Part shown: positions 62,501 through 64,000 of the stretch, piece after piece
How the letters are laid out: the number at the start of each line of letters is the position of its first letter
Position numbering within the stretch: the first letter of the stretch is position 1
Assembly (NCBI GenBank): GCA_016618085.1
Contig: JABLTG010000036.1
Span: forward strand, 1 to 64,000
Origin: Neovahlkampfia damariscottae
Taxonomy: Eukaryota
Direction of reading: 5' to 3'
DNA length: 64,000 nt
Made by a program: the position numbers and the translations under genes
Notes under the pieces: model-generated
The model's input: the letters and a program-made list of their open reading frames with translations, nothing else
Database searches by the model: none
What the model was told of the DNA's origin: nothing

Positions 62501-64000
62501 ACTAATGGTGAATCAATGTAGACCAAAACTCCATCTTGAACAGAAGGTTGAACAGTTAAACTGTGAATTGTAATATCTCTGTGTAATTGCATGTATTCTT
62601 TCTCTAATTTCAATACAGAGAGAAAATAATCTGTGATTTTGTTCTTTCCAACACCTTGATTTCCAATCAATAAAGAGTTTACACCTAATATATGATCTTT
62701 AAATAAAGCTTTCAAAATTCTTGTGTGATCATCAGTATGAACATAAAATGGGTTTGGAACTAAAACATGATTTGTTGGATTTCCTTGTTTGATTTTGATA
62801 TCTCCAATTTTTACAAAATCTTGTTCAATTTTAACTTTCAAATTTTCAGGTTTTGTTGGATAAAATCCATATTTATTCAATAAATCTTGAAATCCTTTTT
62901 TGTATTCAGTTGGTAAAAATTGAGTCATTGTTGTCCTTTCTAAACATTCAAAAATTGATTCATCTGGAAATCTATTGATTCTCTTTAAAACTCTTAATAA
63001 ATCTCTTGTTGAAATATATTTGAAATGATTTCCACCACTGAATTGAATTTCTTGTGGTTCATCACTTTCTAAAATATTATTATATTCATTCTTTAATTTC
63101 AACATAGTTTTGATTAATTTCAAAGAAACATTTGGAGCTACGTTTGATATTAAATCAATTTCATTTTCCAATGGAAGTGATTCAATAAAATGACAATGGA
63201 ATAACATTAAAACTTCTTTTGAAAACCAAGATGATGTTGATTCGTCAACTGATGGTGGTAATCCAGTTGCTATTAATCTAAAGTTTGAATGAATTGCAAA
63301 AATTTCGTCTTTATCCAAATCATCTTTTGTTCTAATTTTCAATAAATCTTCATAACGATCTTGTGAAATGTATCTTGATCCATCAATTAAAAACAAACAT
63401 CTGTCATGAATTAATGATTGAAGAGAAAGTAAAATATCGCTTCCTAATCGATCAACACCATCAAGAATACAAATTCTTCCATGAACAATTGCATCAATCA
63501 AAGCACTCTTTTGCCAAATTGTATTTCCTTCATTGTCGGTTGTTCTTCTTTTGAACAAGTCTCTTAAAGTCATATCCTTATACATTGGAATATACTCCAC
63601 TTTATAACCAAGTAAAGCAGCAAATTGTCTTAAAATAACGCTCTTTCCACATCCTTTAGAGCCGACTATTAATAAATCTCTCTTTAACCAATGACTTAAA
63701 ATCATGTTGAAAATGAGTGTTTCATGATAATCAAGTTGAACATAATTAAAATATGATTTTGATTTCAATTCACCACCTCCAACAAATATCTCCATCGTGG
63801 AATCTCCAGTTGAAAAAATTAATTTTAATTTTTTATTTTCTGAATTAATTGATTTGATTTTAATGGGATTTTCGAAGTTTTCTGATATGAAACTGTGACA
63901 TTCACTTGAACATTTTTCAACTCCTTTATCCATTGTTTTCATCAAACTATCTTCGTTATCATTGGATAATAAACATCTCACAGGATAAACACATTTAATC
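59557..64000 (-). CDS. VWA8: VWA8-like AAA+ (MoxR/midasin-type) ATPase with C-terminal VWA domain, 5'-truncated
   Basis: GSKGCGKS, GNQGVGKNKITD, LDECDKAP, LANRPGFPF.GNDFF, YPYSTRE, DVSCSMYRFNGYDRRLDR, FSDAN; frame is open to the window edge. Confidence 0.92.
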   Translation of the reverse strand, partial: IKCVYPVRCLLSNDNEDSLMKTMDKGVEKCSSECHSFISENFENPIKIKSINSENKKLKLIFSTGDSTMEIFVGGGELKSKSYFNYVQLDYHETLIFNMILSHWLKRDLLIVGSKGCGKSVILRQFAALLGYKVEYIPMYKDMTLRDLFKRRTTDNEGNTIWQKSALIDAIVHGRICILDGVDRLGSDILLSLQSLIHDRCLFLIDGSRYISQDRYEDLLKIRTKDDLDKDEIFAIHSNFRLIATGLPPSVDESTSSWFSKEVLMLFHCHFIESLPLENEIDLISNVAPNVSLKLIKTMLKLKNEYNNILESDEPQEIQFSGGNHFKYISTRDLLRVLKRINRFPDESIFECLERTTMTQFLPTEYKKGFQDLLNKYGFYPTKPENLKVKIEQDFVKIGDIKIKQGNPTNHVLVPNPFYVHTDDHTRILKALFKDHILGVNSLLIGNQGVGKNKITDYFLSVLKLEKEYMQLHRDITIHSLTVQPSVQDGVLVYIDSPLVRAVQYGRILMLDECDKAPLEVVSIIKSLIDDGEMVLSDHRRIMRENEHNDPNVITIHPDFRMIVLANRPGFPFQGNDFFRECGDLFSSHYVDNPKGENEIKMLKEYAPNVSVSILRRLTDCFNDLRKLVDENEITYPYSTRELVSIVKHLEKYPENGLISALQNVIGFDMFNEQIMEKLTSTFHRHGIPLEKVNSYDVSLSMKSNITVGITKDINLILIESQEIRDIKKVSISPCQTNPATSERSSVRSHRVQTLNELQYSIETKLNEVEFISTLNDDTVHVLTSGVLGNMVTYLPDSYSTARKIEIFHYFRMYYTSICSLKSENKILILGVINTMKESEIYSNMPNICIMVVDSTNTNAPIKQQFICPLPVDSVKNVIFLSNYSHCNLVTMLSENSNNLWILDFNDKSAVKIQNVEIPKKYPIETVYWIQESKFILFCKDAWFLVSLKSNSYQIFELIDFKDYLFISNCYQGNKFIGLRASDGCLDHLTITSNGIVIAPFKINKKDISITNPILTSNGLLIGDKFNSMRIIDLKKMILTDIEQKSKLSILGADQLSNEKLVTLHSDNIIRMWELDHEKLKFEAKEFQDIIQGEIKESNSKILVDDQPVDHDLPPAQMREGGQGTGGSGGEGSGGIGGEGSGGQGGESGSSQGGGGGGSGTGPNFQTSNAPNAVDGNQVSDIHYESMKKARLMAQDALKKQLNSIKMSPEDLDSYNDYYNPIKTQISQMRTLLENLRSKEKERIWIKNKAYGEIDDNKIVEGITGEKLIYQKRGEGEIYDSFMHKKKKLLHFCMDVSCSMYRFNGYDRRLDRMIEVAICIMESLSGFEERFSYSITGHSGSSQRVPFIGFNKPPKNKNERLKVALQMRGHSQSCASGDTTLETTDWAISQISKMDADERFVFIFSDANITGYGFNSKNFSKLLTKNSNVKAFVIFISSPNGEAEKLVKELPIGRGYCCLQAGDLGKTFQKIFTSNVLNEK

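Overview
AT-rich, extremely compact eukaryotic nuclear DNA, standard genetic code, probably a protist. About 43 protein genes are packed head-to-head or tail-to-tail. They are broken by many very short GT-AG introns (about 24-45 nt) and several micro-exons, so the ORF track misses or fragments many of them (HAAO, START protein, CcmH, MRH-domain protein). Almost every start codon has a CCAAT/ATTGG box just upstream. Most genes are housekeeping or metabolic (NRAMP, CLU1, NAA25, MAT1, UBA52, HPPD, SPO11, GLE1, Era, PRP38, V-ATPase C, VWA8). A nuclear CcmH suggests a lineage with System I cytochrome c maturation such as Discoba/Heterolobosea (inference only). The most unusual items are: (1) a ~1.39-kb element at 39361-40746 bounded by ~220-bp sub-repetitive inverted repeats, carrying a transglutaminase/papain-like ORF instead of a transposase; (2) an intron-containing gene fusing MORN repeats to a phage/bacterial-type PD-(D/E)XK nuclease; (3) a PHIP/BRWD-type Tudor-bromo module fused to an AWS-SET methyltransferase; (4) a degenerate sacsin/NO VEIN-like protein. 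All family calls come from reading motifs by eye; no searches were run and exon boundaries are manual.
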